Positions 56,084-64,000 of a stretch of DNA of 64,000 nucleotides are shown piece by piece (the stretch's first letter is position 1; every line of letters begins with the position of its first letter). This DNA comes from an uncultured virus (IMG/VR IMGVR_UViG_3300047320_000091) (lineage: Duplodnaviria > Heunggongvirae > Uroviricota > Caudoviricetes): IMG/VR virus record IMGVR_UViG_3300047320_000091, one strand, 5' to 3'. Under the pieces are notes generated by a model. That model was not told the origin of the DNA and searched no databases. It was given only the letters and a program-made list of their open reading frames with translations. Position numbers and translations under genes: made by a program.

Positions 56084-56338
56084 ATGACCGAACCGTGGTG
56101 CGCGGTGATCGCCGCGACGCAGGATATCGCACGCCAGTACATGGACGCCTTCGGCCTGTCGCCGGAGATCTGGCGGCCGATAGCGCACGGTGACGCGCTG
56201 CTGGCACACGTCTTCGATCGCATCGTGGTGATCCGGCCGCACTGGCGGTTGTCGCCGATCGAGATCGAGGACTTCGAAGAGAACATCCACCGCATCCGCT
56301 GCCGCGTCGCGCAGGGCGGACAATTCAAGGTCATCTGA
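56084..56338 (+). CDS. hypothetical protein
   Basis: AAGGA RBS; resembles 57885-58157. Confidence 0.55.
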   Translation: MTEPWCAVIAATQDIARQYMDAFGLSPEIWRPIAHGDALLAHVFDRIVVIRPHWRLSPIEIEDFEENIHRIRCRVAQGGQFKVI

Positions 56339-56687
56339 CATGACGGGCCACGCCCCCTTCGCCATCCTCGGTTACGCCTGTCTCGGCGCCATCCTTGGCT
56401 CGATCGGCCTCATCATCGCCGGCTTCGGCGCTCTGCTCGGAGTGTGGTGATGGGCATCATCGAAGCAATCATCATCGGGTTCGCGCTGTACATCGGCCTG
56501 ATCTCAATCGCGGGCGCTCTGAACGTCGTCGCCATCGGCATCGAAGAGGGCAGCAAGGCCATCGCCGACGCCCTCTACGAGGAGATCGACTGATGCCGTT
56601 TCCGTTCTCAGTTTTCCTTTTCAGCTACGTGATCTGGCAGGCCTCGATCCAGCGCGCCTTCACGTTCAACCCCGTCGAGGTGCGCCA

Positions 56688-56888
56688 GTGACGATCACGT
56701 TCGGCTCCTGGGCTATCCCGGCATTTCTGACGGCGGTCATCTGGCTGCTCGTCATGGCCCGGCCGCCGGAAGGCGGTAGTGGCTACTACGACTTCGACAT
56801 CAAGGGCATGCTCATCGGCATCGTGGCCATCATCGCCACGCTCCTGGTGTGGCTCTTGTATTTCGCCCTGCGCTTCGCACTCGGATGA
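56688..56888 (+). CDS. small two-TM membrane protein
   Basis: two hydrophobic segments; in a cluster of tiny membrane ORFs at 56340-57000. Confidence 0.5.
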   Translation: MTITFGSWAIPAFLTAVIWLLVMARPPEGGSGYYDFDIKGMLIGIVAIIATLLVWLLYFALRFALG

Positions 56889-57031
56889 GGCGCGCATGCG
56901 TGGCGCCAAGACTTTTGACCGCATCATCCTCCTCGTGCCGCTCCTGCTCGTCATTTCCGCAGTTACGGCTGCGCATCTGATCTGCCTTTTGCTCGGCTGA
57001 GAGCCGGCGGCACCGACCTAAAGCCACGCCA

Positions 57032-57538
57032 ATGAAGTTTCTCCAACGCGCCCTCGCGGGCGTGCTGATGCTGTGCGCCCTGTCGCCAGCCTCAGCCAAG
57101 ACTGTGCCGGTCCAGTTTGTGTCCGGCAACGAGGCGACGTTCATCACAGAAGACCCCGGTGGGGTCATCGTCAAATACGTCGAGAAATACTCCGACATGC
57201 GCGACGCAGGCACCAAGGTGGTGATCTCCGGCATGTGTGTGTCAGCCTGCACCTTACTCCTCGGCGTCGTCCGCCCGGAGAACGTTTGCGTCATGCCGGA
57301 AGCCTATCTCGGCTTCCACTCGGCATCGACCATCACTCGTGAGAAGGGCAAGCCGGACATCATCGAGCACGCTCCGGAGTTCTCGCTCCTTGAGTTCAAC
57401 ATGTACCCGGCCACAGTGCGCTCGTACCTCGCGAAGCAGGGCTGGTCCGGCGCCAACGCGCACCCCGAGATCATCTGGGTCCGTGGCGCGCAGCTGCGGA
57501 AGTTCATCCGCGCTTGCAGCAAGGCTGACCTCTCGTGA
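57032..57538 (+). CDS. secreted protein, ClpP/crotonase-like fold
   Basis: signal peptide; EDPGG...GMCVSACT...LGFHSA. Confidence 0.6.
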   Translation: MKFLQRALAGVLMLCALSPASAKTVPVQFVSGNEATFITEDPGGVIVKYVEKYSDMRDAGTKVVISGMCVSACTLLLGVVRPENVCVMPEAYLGFHSASTITREKGKPDIIEHAPEFSLLEFNMYPATVRSYLAKQGWSGANAHPEIIWVRGAQLRKFIRACSKADLS

Positions 57539-57888
57539 CCCGGCGTCGTCTGCCGGATCGGCGCAAGCTTCCGTCGACGATCAAGATCGGCATCTTCGCC
57601 TACACGCTTGTGCATTGGGCTGCCGAAGAGGCTGAGGAGAAAGAATGCCTCGGGCTCTGTGATCGTTTCAACTTCATCATCTACGTGCGGGAGGACTTGC
57701 CCGACAGCGGCTTCGCTGAAGTCCTGGAGCACGAGATCAACCACGCCTGTTGGCACTCCGCAGCTCTGAAGAGCCGGGCCAACGAGGAGACGGTCGTGAA
57801 CCGGTTGACGCCGGTCATGATCATGGCTCGCCGCGACAACCCAGAGATCTATGCCTGGATCGATCGCGCGGTCGCCCAGAAAGAATGA
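57535..57888 (+). CDS. HExxH metallopeptidase-like phage protein
   Basis: LGLCD...EVLEHEINHA...EETVV. Confidence 0.65.
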   Translation: MTRRRLPDRRKLPSTIKIGIFAYTLVHWAAEEAEEKECLGLCDRFNFIIYVREDLPDSGFAEVLEHEINHACWHSAALKSRANEETVVNRLTPVMIMARRDNPEIYAWIDRAVAQKE

Positions 57889-58157
57889 CCATGTTCAAAA
57901 ACGTGATGGTCGCCTCTTCCAAGAGGCAGGCCGCAGCGATGGTCGCCTGGCTGAAGCTGGACCCGGACGCCTGGGTGCCGCTCGCTTACGGCGACCCAGT
58001 CACGCAGGTCTACGCACACGCCAAGCTGGTGCGACCGAGCGAAGGCGTCGACCAGGCGCACGCCGACTGGGTCCTCGAAAAACTCGTACCCAACCTTCGA
58101 CTGACGGCGACCACGGTTCCTCCGAACTGGAAGATCCCGCAGGAGCATGTCGACTAA
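57885..58157 (+). CDS. hypothetical protein
   Basis: ATGA-coupled. Confidence 0.55.
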   Translation: MTMFKNVMVASSKRQAAAMVAWLKLDPDAWVPLAYGDPVTQVYAHAKLVRPSEGVDQAHADWVLEKLVPNLRLTATTVPPNWKIPQEHVD

Positions 58158-58171
58158 CAAGAAAGAAAAAA

Positions 58172-59464
58172 ATGACGAGCAAAGCTCGCGACCTTGCGAG
58201 GCGCCTCAAGCGCTTCAACGTCCCCACGAACCTTCGCCGCCATCCGAACACCGTGGTCGCACTCGGCGATAGCCGCGTCGCTCAGATCCATGCGGACGGC
58301 ATCTTCAAGAACAAGGCCGGCTACAACCACTTCAGTGTCGGCAACGCGCTCGCCGGCAACCGTGCGATTCTGCTGAAGAACTTCGGCGTGAGCGGTGAGC
58401 GAAGCGACCAGAATCTTCCCCGTCTCAAGGCGGCGATCGATACCGGCGCCTACGTCCTCTACATCCACACGGGTGTGAACGACATCGCCCAGGCCTATCC
58501 CACGGCCACGACGTCCGGCATCACCGCCTTCAACAACATCCGCATCATGATCGATGCGGCGATCGACAACGGCATGCTGCCTCTGGTCGTTCTCGAACCC
58601 GGCGCGAACAACTTCACGCCTGCGATGAACGCTCAGCTCTACATCTTGCAGCAGATGCTGCGGGAGTATGCTGAGGCCTGCCCGCACATGGTCCTCTTCG
58701 ACCTGCCGGCGGCTCTGTACAATCCGGCCGCTGCGTCCTCCACGACCCTCGCGCTGCTCGGCACGATCGACGGAGTTCACGAGGGCGCCCTCGGCGGCTA
58801 CCTCGGCGGCAAGGCGTTCGCCCAGGTGCTGACAGCGATCATGCCTCCGCGCCCGCACGGCTTCCGCAGCGCGGTCGAGAACCCGACCACTTCGCTGGTG
58901 AACCTGCTCGCCAACCCGATGTTCACGGGCGGCACCGCGGGCACGGTCGGAGCCGGTTTCACCGGCCAGATCGCATCGAGCTGGGTCGGCTCTCGCTCTG
59001 GCGGCGGGACGGCTGTCGCATCGGTCGCGCTGTCGAGCGACAACTCCGGTCTCTGGGAGCAGGTGCTGCAGTGTACGTTCGCGGCGGCGGGTGACGAAGT
59101 CAACGTCCACCAGGATATCCCGACCACCCTCTGGAACAACGGTGACGTCCTTCAGGCTCACGCCGAGGTCGTCGTTGACGCCGGCAGCGTGAACATGTGT
59201 GGCGCGTACCTCTATCTGCAGGCCAACGGCACGATCGGGGGTAACGGTGTGGCTACGACCGCGATGGACGGTTACGTCAACGGCACGCAGCACGGAGTCA
59301 ACACCACCGAAGGCTACAAGCTCAACTACTCGACCGAGAAGTTGATCGTGCCGAACTACGACGTGAAGAGCTGGGTCACCGCCCACGTCAAGGTCGTCGG
59401 TGCTGGCGCCGGCTCGGCCACGGTTCGCGTCCGGCGCTTCGGTGTCCGCAAGCGCTTCAGCTAA
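58172..59464 (+). CDS. SGNH/GDSL esterase with C-terminal beta-sandwich domain
   Basis: LGDS, GVSG, GVND and DGVH catalytic blocks. Confidence 0.85.
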   Translation: MTSKARDLARRLKRFNVPTNLRRHPNTVVALGDSRVAQIHADGIFKNKAGYNHFSVGNALAGNRAILLKNFGVSGERSDQNLPRLKAAIDTGAYVLYIHTGVNDIAQAYPTATTSGITAFNNIRIMIDAAIDNGMLPLVVLEPGANNFTPAMNAQLYILQQMLREYAEACPHMVLFDLPAALYNPAAASSTTLALLGTIDGVHEGALGGYLGGKAFAQVLTAIMPPRPHGFRSAVENPTTSLVNLLANPMFTGGTAGTVGAGFTGQIASSWVGSRSGGGTAVASVALSSDNSGLWEQVLQCTFAAAGDEVNVHQDIPTTLWNNGDVLQAHAEVVVDAGSVNMCGAYLYLQANGTIGGNGVATTAMDGYVNGTQHGVNTTEGYKLNYSTEKLIVPNYDVKSWVTAHVKVVGAGAGSATVRVRRFGVRKRFS

Positions 59465-59473
59465 CGATTTGTG

Positions 59474-59497
59474 AGCAGCCGCCTTCGGGCGGCTGTT
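59474..59497 (+). terminator. hairpin with UUCG loop (terminator or processing site)
   Basis: AGCAGCCGCC-TTCG-GGCGGCTGTT. Confidence 0.6.
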
Positions 59498-59515
59498 CCG
59501 TTTGGGAAACCAGGC

Positions 59516-59626
59516 ATGGCGAAGAAGAACCTCAAACACGTCAAGCCGGTGTCCAAGGGCACCAGGCTGAACGAACTGCGCCTTGAGCGCAAGCGTCGCC
59601 GCAAGCGCAAAGCTGCTGCTGGCTAA
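59516..59626 (+). CDS. 36-aa very basic peptide
   Basis: MAKKNLKHVKPVSKGTRLNELRLERKRRRKRKAAAG. Confidence 0.4.
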   Translation: MAKKNLKHVKPVSKGTRLNELRLERKRRRKRKAAAG

Positions 59627-59642
59627 CGACACGGAGATCAAT

Positions 59643-61070
59643 TTGTATCGCGAACACCGAGGATTGAAAAAGATCCTCGCAGAACTTGGCATCTATTCCG
59701 ATGCTGGCGGGCCCGTTCGGTCCTGCGAAATCCCAGCGGAATTTGGGCTCAGCTCCAGATATTCCTTCTTTCCCTCCTACACGGACAACGGCGGCGGCAA
59801 TCGTGTCGCGTCGCTCGGCTGGTCGCCCTTCGATCAGCCGGCTTACGCGGCCTGTCGCGCCGGCCCGCAGATCTACGTGGCGTCGAACGGAAACGACACG
59901 ACCGGCACCGGCACCGCGGGTGCGCCGTTCCTGACCCTCGACAAGGCCCAGACCACGCTCAACACGGGCGGGGTGCCGGGCACCATCGTCGGCAACGTTC
60001 TCTCTGTGGTGGAAGAGCATCGCCGCGTCTTCGGCGGACAGATCACGGTCAAGCCGACCGTCGATACCGCCTACCTCGCCAAGGGCGGCATCTATCGCGG
60101 CGGCATCTACGATCCGATGACCTGGTCGCAGAACACGGGCACGTTCGCGGCTCTGACCGGCAATCCGAATGTCTGGGCTGTGGCCCGGTCGGCGTTCGCG
60201 TCTGCCTGGAACCCGCAGATGTTCGACGGCATGGGGTACGCCCTCCGGTACACTCCGGTCGGGTCCGTCGCGGCCGTCAACCGCATCCCTGGTTCGGCCT
60301 ACTCGGACGGCACCAACGTCTACATCTCGACGTTCGACGGCTCCAATCCGACCGACAGCAACGTCCGCCTCAATCTCGCTTTGAGCGCCATCGCCTGGAC
60401 CAGCTTCAACACGCCTGTCAACGTCTACTTCGACGGCGAGACGGCTGGTGATGGTTGGGCCTTCGACGGTGCCTGTCAGATCGCTGCTACGGCGCTGTGG
60501 GGCTCGCTCAAGACGGTTGCCTTGCGACGCTGCTCGTTCAGCCGCAACACGGGCAATGCGTTCTCGTTCGACGGAATCAACGGTCTCGTCTGGGTGGAAG
60601 GCTGCTCCGGAATCCAATCCGGGGTCGACATCTACAACTTCCACAATGGTCCTGGCGCTGACATGACGGCGGTCGTTCTGAACTCCACCGCGGTCGGTGC
60701 GGGACGGACGGCCGGATCGCAGAGCAACAACTGCATCACCGGGCACGAGAACTGCAAGGTCATCTCCGGTGGAAACCGGTTCGAGGACAGCTCTGGTGGC
60801 AACATCCGCTTCATCGACGCTTCCATGTTGTTTTCCTTCGCCGACTACGTCTCTGGCGACAAGGGCGACATCTGGCAGGGCGGCACGATGCCGGCGACCG
60901 AGGTCCGAACCGACAACACGGCGAAGATCTGGATGTTCGATCCGATCATCGAACCTCGCAGGTCCAACAGCTACGCGATCTTCGCGACCGCTGGCTCGAA
61001 GATCCTGACGCGAGGAGTCTCGCTGATCCGCGGCCTCATCGGCGGCGCAGGCATCTTCGGCAAGTGGTGA
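59643..61070 (+). CDS. parallel beta-helix (pectin-lyase-like) putative depolymerase
   Basis: IYVASNGNDTTGTGTAGAPFLTLDKA motif; G/N/S/T-rich repeats; TTG start follows GGAG. Confidence 0.7.
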   Translation: MYREHRGLKKILAELGIYSDAGGPVRSCEIPAEFGLSSRYSFFPSYTDNGGGNRVASLGWSPFDQPAYAACRAGPQIYVASNGNDTTGTGTAGAPFLTLDKAQTTLNTGGVPGTIVGNVLSVVEEHRRVFGGQITVKPTVDTAYLAKGGIYRGGIYDPMTWSQNTGTFAALTGNPNVWAVARSAFASAWNPQMFDGMGYALRYTPVGSVAAVNRIPGSAYSDGTNVYISTFDGSNPTDSNVRLNLALSAIAWTSFNTPVNVYFDGETAGDGWAFDGACQIAATALWGSLKTVALRRCSFSRNTGNAFSFDGINGLVWVEGCSGIQSGVDIYNFHNGPGADMTAVVLNSTAVGAGRTAGSQSNNCITGHENCKVISGGNRFEDSSGGNIRFIDASMLFSFADYVSGDKGDIWQGGTMPATEVRTDNTAKIWMFDPIIEPRRSNSYAIFATAGSKILTRGVSLIRGLIGGAGIFGKW

Positions 61071-61243
61071 TCCAATAACTCGGAGTACAGAACAGGGAGC
61101 GGCGACATCGAGCGCCGACCGACTGCTAAGGCCCGACTGCGGCGGGGGTTTGCTCCTCCTTTACCCCGCCGCGCCCGATGACAAATCAGCTCAGCTGCAA
61201 AACATCGGGCACCTATTTTTCTCTCGCGCACCAAGGAACTAGA

Positions 61244-62539
61244 ATGCAACTCGGCGTCAACGGCCACTCCATGTTCGCCTCCGGCGCCTACCGCCAGGTC
61301 AGCGACGAGGACGTCTTCAAGACGCTCGCCTCGCACAAACTCAAGCGGTATCGCCTGACCATTCCGCTGGCGGCGGACACCGACCCGTGGGTCGCGACGC
61401 GCTTCGCATCGCTCGTCAGCCTTGCCGCGAAGTATGGCGTTACGCTTGAACCGGTTCTGGCGCTTCCGCTTACCTGGGGTGACAAGACCGACGCCGGAAA
61501 GTATCCTGCCGGCGACGCTGCTGCGATCTACTCTCAGGGCTACAATCGGACCCTGGCCTTCGTTCGGCAGTTCGCCTCCGCAGTGGGAGACTGGGAACTC
61601 GGCAACGAGATCAATCTGACCGTCCACGACGCAAGCGGCTCGCCGCTGTTCGGAAAGGGATGGACCGCGTCTGAGTTCGCTGCATATCCCTCGATGGTCG
61701 AGTACGCCAATCTCCTGAGGGGGATGTCGGACGCGATCGAGCAGGTCCGTCGTGAGACCGGTCGAAACCTTCGGCGCATCGTCGGCACCACTTCGACGAT
61801 GTTCGGCTTCATCGACTTCGTGAAGTCGAGCGGCGTCAAGGTTGATGTGCTCGGCTATCACTATTACGAGCATGCCGGCGTCGACCCGACGAACTACTGG
61901 GGCGGCGTTCGTCCCAACTTCAACCTGTTCACCAAGCTGTCAAGCTACGGCATTCCCGTCGTCATCAACGAGATCAACGGCGCTGAGATCTACGACGCAT
62001 CGTTCGTGAACACCTCGACGTCTGCAACGATGGCGACCTGCAACTCGAACCTGGACGCGATGCTGGCGAAGTTTTCGCAGTACTCGTTCATCGAATGGAT
62101 CGACCTCTACGCGCTGATCGACGAGCCTGACAAGGCCGGCGCCGAAGGACGGTTCGGCCTGATGTTCAATCTGTCATCCACCAAGCCCCTCATGGCTACG
62201 GTCGACAAGTACACAGGTGGAGCCCAGCAGGCTGCTCCTGCACCAGCTCCAACTCCCGCACCTGCGCCAGCTCCTGCGCCGACGACGTCTGTGTCGTATC
62301 CTGCAACGGTCGAGATCGCGAACAAGGTCTCGATGCGTCTGGCGCCGACTGTTGTCGGTGATGCAACGAATCTGGGCTGCCAAGGCATCCTGCTGCCGAC
62401 CGGCCTGTCGATCGACCCGAGCACAGGTGTGATCTCCGGGACGCCGAACTATCCGGCCGGCTCCGTCAACTGGGTCACAACGACGATCATTGTTCAGAAA
62501 ACCGGCCAGGTCTTCATCATGACCTGGAAGGTCTCATAA
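61244..62539 (+). CDS. clan GH-A glycoside hydrolase with Pro/Ala linker and Ig-like (He_PIG) domain
   Basis: WELGNE (acid/base), INEING (nucleophile), APAPAP linker, LPTGLSIDPSTGVISGTP. Confidence 0.8.
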   Translation: MQLGVNGHSMFASGAYRQVSDEDVFKTLASHKLKRYRLTIPLAADTDPWVATRFASLVSLAAKYGVTLEPVLALPLTWGDKTDAGKYPAGDAAAIYSQGYNRTLAFVRQFASAVGDWELGNEINLTVHDASGSPLFGKGWTASEFAAYPSMVEYANLLRGMSDAIEQVRRETGRNLRRIVGTTSTMFGFIDFVKSSGVKVDVLGYHYYEHAGVDPTNYWGGVRPNFNLFTKLSSYGIPVVINEINGAEIYDASFVNTSTSATMATCNSNLDAMLAKFSQYSFIEWIDLYALIDEPDKAGAEGRFGLMFNLSSTKPLMATVDKYTGGAQQAAPAPAPTPAPAPAPAPTTSVSYPATVEIANKVSMRLAPTVVGDATNLGCQGILLPTGLSIDPSTGVISGTPNYPAGSVNWVTTTIIVQKTGQVFIMTWKVS

Positions 62540-63390
62540 GGTGGCGCACCGCCCCGGTAACGGGTGTCGGCTCTAACGGGTAAGCCAGTAGCCCCGTAGT
62601 CCTCGTAATTCCGCACCAGCGCAAACCCGACTGATCCTCGGAACGCATGCGGTTGAGGCACAGGTCGATCGACTTCTGGATTGGATCGACCCCACCTTAT
62701 GGCTCGTGATGACACGCGGCGGCGGTTAACAGCGCACAGCCTATCGGCGAAGAGGTCCATGGTAAGTCGCCGACGACCGTTTGAGGTCCGCGTGATGCGG
62801 ATCGAGGTCGAAAGGATCGGAGTCGTTCGTCCTGCGGGATGACGACGGTCACGAGCCAACTGTTACGCCCCCAAGAGCGGTGATGCGACATGCATCCAGC
62901 GCAGGAACTGCGCGATGGCGATGGCGCCCCACGAGCCCTGAGATCCGACACGAGGCGCTCCGCTCTTGCTATCCGAAGGTTGCTGGCAACCTCCTACCCC
63001 GAAAGGGGAGGTGGCCCGAAGTGCGGGTCAAACAAAGCCAGAGCTTTTCCTCGGTCCAGCCGACGTCACCTGAAGACATAGGGGTGGCTGGTAAATTGGA
63101 GCCATGCGTCCAGCCGAGCGCTCACTCTGTGAGCACGCCCGCCGCCAACATGCTGCGGCGGGCACTATTCTGATGCGCCCCGTTTTCGCCTCTGACATCA
63201 AGTGCCCTGCGTCGACCACGCGGCTGCCGTCATTGCGTACGGGCCTCCGGGTCGTCCTGGTCAGGCGACTTCGCGGAGGGCGCTGCCGGGGAGCAGCAGG
63301 CAAGGCGCTGACCGCCATCCCCACTCATTCGCGGCTCCCCGCTAGGCAATGCCTGGGGGATAGTCAAAGGCGCACCGTATGGGCGCCGGC
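62535..63390 (+). ncRNA. candidate large structured non-coding RNA
   Basis: no convincing ORF; nested helices 62535-44/62692-701, 62701-09/62849-57, 62872-80/62960-68 and 63137-45/63155-63; GAAA tetraloop hairpin; directly upstream of tRNAs. Confidence 0.65.
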
Positions 63391-63394
63391 CGTC

Positions 63395-63469
63395 GCCAGG
63401 ATAGCTCAGTTGGTAGAGCTACGGTTTGAAACACCGTGCGCCGAGGTTCGAAGCCTCGTCCTGGCACCA
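63395..63469 (+). tRNA. tRNA-Phe(GAA)
   Basis: GCCAGGA/TCCTGGC acceptor; ACGGT-TTGAAAC-ACCGT; TTCGAAG T loop; ACCA end. Confidence 0.92.
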
Positions 63470-63473
63470 TCTT

Positions 63474-63589
63474 TCGGTCGAGGACGGAACGGCCTCCCGT
63501 CGCGCCACTGAGCGACCATCCATAGCAGGTGGCAAAGTACTCCTTCGAGGAAGAGATGCGGGCACATGGGCAACCCGCCGACCGAACCA
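63474..63589 (+). ncRNA. tRNA-like enlarged cloverleaf ending in ACCA
   Basis: TCGGTCG/CGACCGA 7-bp stem plus A-CCA, four internal arms, no TTCG T loop. Confidence 0.55.
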
Positions 63590-63679
63590 TAAGCCGCAAG
63601 GCGCACGCACCCCTGCGTACCGACGACTGGTCTGACCGTCGCTTGAAGAAATCGGAGATGGGCGAGTTTCAACACATGC

Positions 63680-63752
63680 GTCGGTGAGCCCGTGGGGGTG
63701 GCCTGGTCTCCAAAACCAAGGTCCGAGGGTTCGACTCCCTACACCGGCGCCA
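63680..63752 (+). tRNA. tRNA-Trp(CCA), atypical D arm
   Basis: GTCGGTG/CACCGGC acceptor, G73 and CCA; TGGT-CTCCAAA-ACCA; AGGG-TTCGACT-CCCT. Confidence 0.7.
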
Positions 63753-63768
63753 AAGAAAAAGAAGAACA

Positions 63769-64000
63769 ATGAGCACCAAACGTTACAAGGTCATCGCCTT
63801 GAACGGCATCACGATCGGTGATGCCACCTATGCCAAGGACTCCATCGTCCCGCTCACTGATCTCGGAGCGAAGTACTTCCTGCTCAACAAACAGATCGCT
63901 CTCGCCGATGAGCAGGCGCCTGTCGGCACTCCCGGTGGTCCGAGCGAGGACGACGTCACCATCGACGTCAAGATCAACAACTTCGGCAAGACGGTCTCGC
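63769..64000 (+). CDS. hypothetical protein (partial, runs off the window)
   Basis: open frame MSTKRYKVIALNGITIGD... to the window end. Confidence 0.55.
   Translation, partial: MSTKRYKVIALNGITIGDATYAKDSIVPLTDLGAKYFLLNKQIALADEQAPVGTPGGPSEDDVTIDVKINNFGKTVS

Noticed and set aside
58154..61873. Long minus-strand ORFs 58154-59692, 59541-60746 and 60971-61873
   Set aside because: Antisense shadows of the SGNH, beta-helix and glycoside hydrolase genes.
62541..62618. Possible amber-suppressor tRNA (CTCTAAC loop, ends in ACCA)
   Set aside because: The flanks of the putative anticodon loop do not pair and there is no T arm.
62535..63390. tmRNA, RNase P RNA or group I intron identity for the structured region
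   Set aside because: GGATCGAC occurs, but there is no ANDN...AA tag frame (GCAAAC at 62621 reads ANPTDPRNACG) and no GAGGAAAGTCC RNase P signature. I could not identify an intron core or an interrupted gene.
1..64000. Integrase, att sites, structural and lysis genes
   Set aside because: None recognisable in this window, so lifestyle and prophage boundaries cannot be stated.

Overview
GC-rich segment of a large tailed-phage (or prophage/phage-plasmid) genome. The host is probably an alphaproteobacterium, and the cargo genes look Bradyrhizobium-like (inference). No capsid, terminase or integrase gene is recognisable in the window. Positions 1-49.3 kb form a mostly leftward early/middle arm. 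It holds nucleotide and RNA metabolism genes (class II NrdJ, Rnl2-type and RtcB RNA ligases, RlmN-like radical SAM enzyme, MazG-like and SpoT-like HD hydrolases, TerB/TerC), recombination and replication genes (YqaJ exonuclease, DnaQ, SSB, split Twinkle-type primase-helicase, HTH initiator with iterons, RuvC, UvrD), a CI-like repressor, rIIA/rIIB-like genes and many small ORFs. An AT-rich divergence region lies at ~49.5-49.8 kb, followed by host-like cargo. A rightward arm then carries a tRNA-associated PD-(D/E)XK nuclease, three polysaccharide-acting enzymes, an ~850-nt highly structured non-coding region and tRNAs. The most notable observations are: (1) many proteins end in genome-encoded tmRNA-tag-like sequences (AANDN...AA/VA); (2) a second, non-coding, inverted copy of the iteron origin lies ~35.6 kb from the rep gene; (3) there is a large structured ncRNA candidate plus a 116-nt CCA-ending tRNA mimic; (4) an intron-less homing endonuclease is flanked by a duplicated tRNA 5' half; (5) a co-oriented TTTGCATTCAARCAAAC motif recurs upstream of leftward genes; (6) NrdR-like boxes sit at an early promoter region. 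All calls come from motif recognition by eye; no searches were run.
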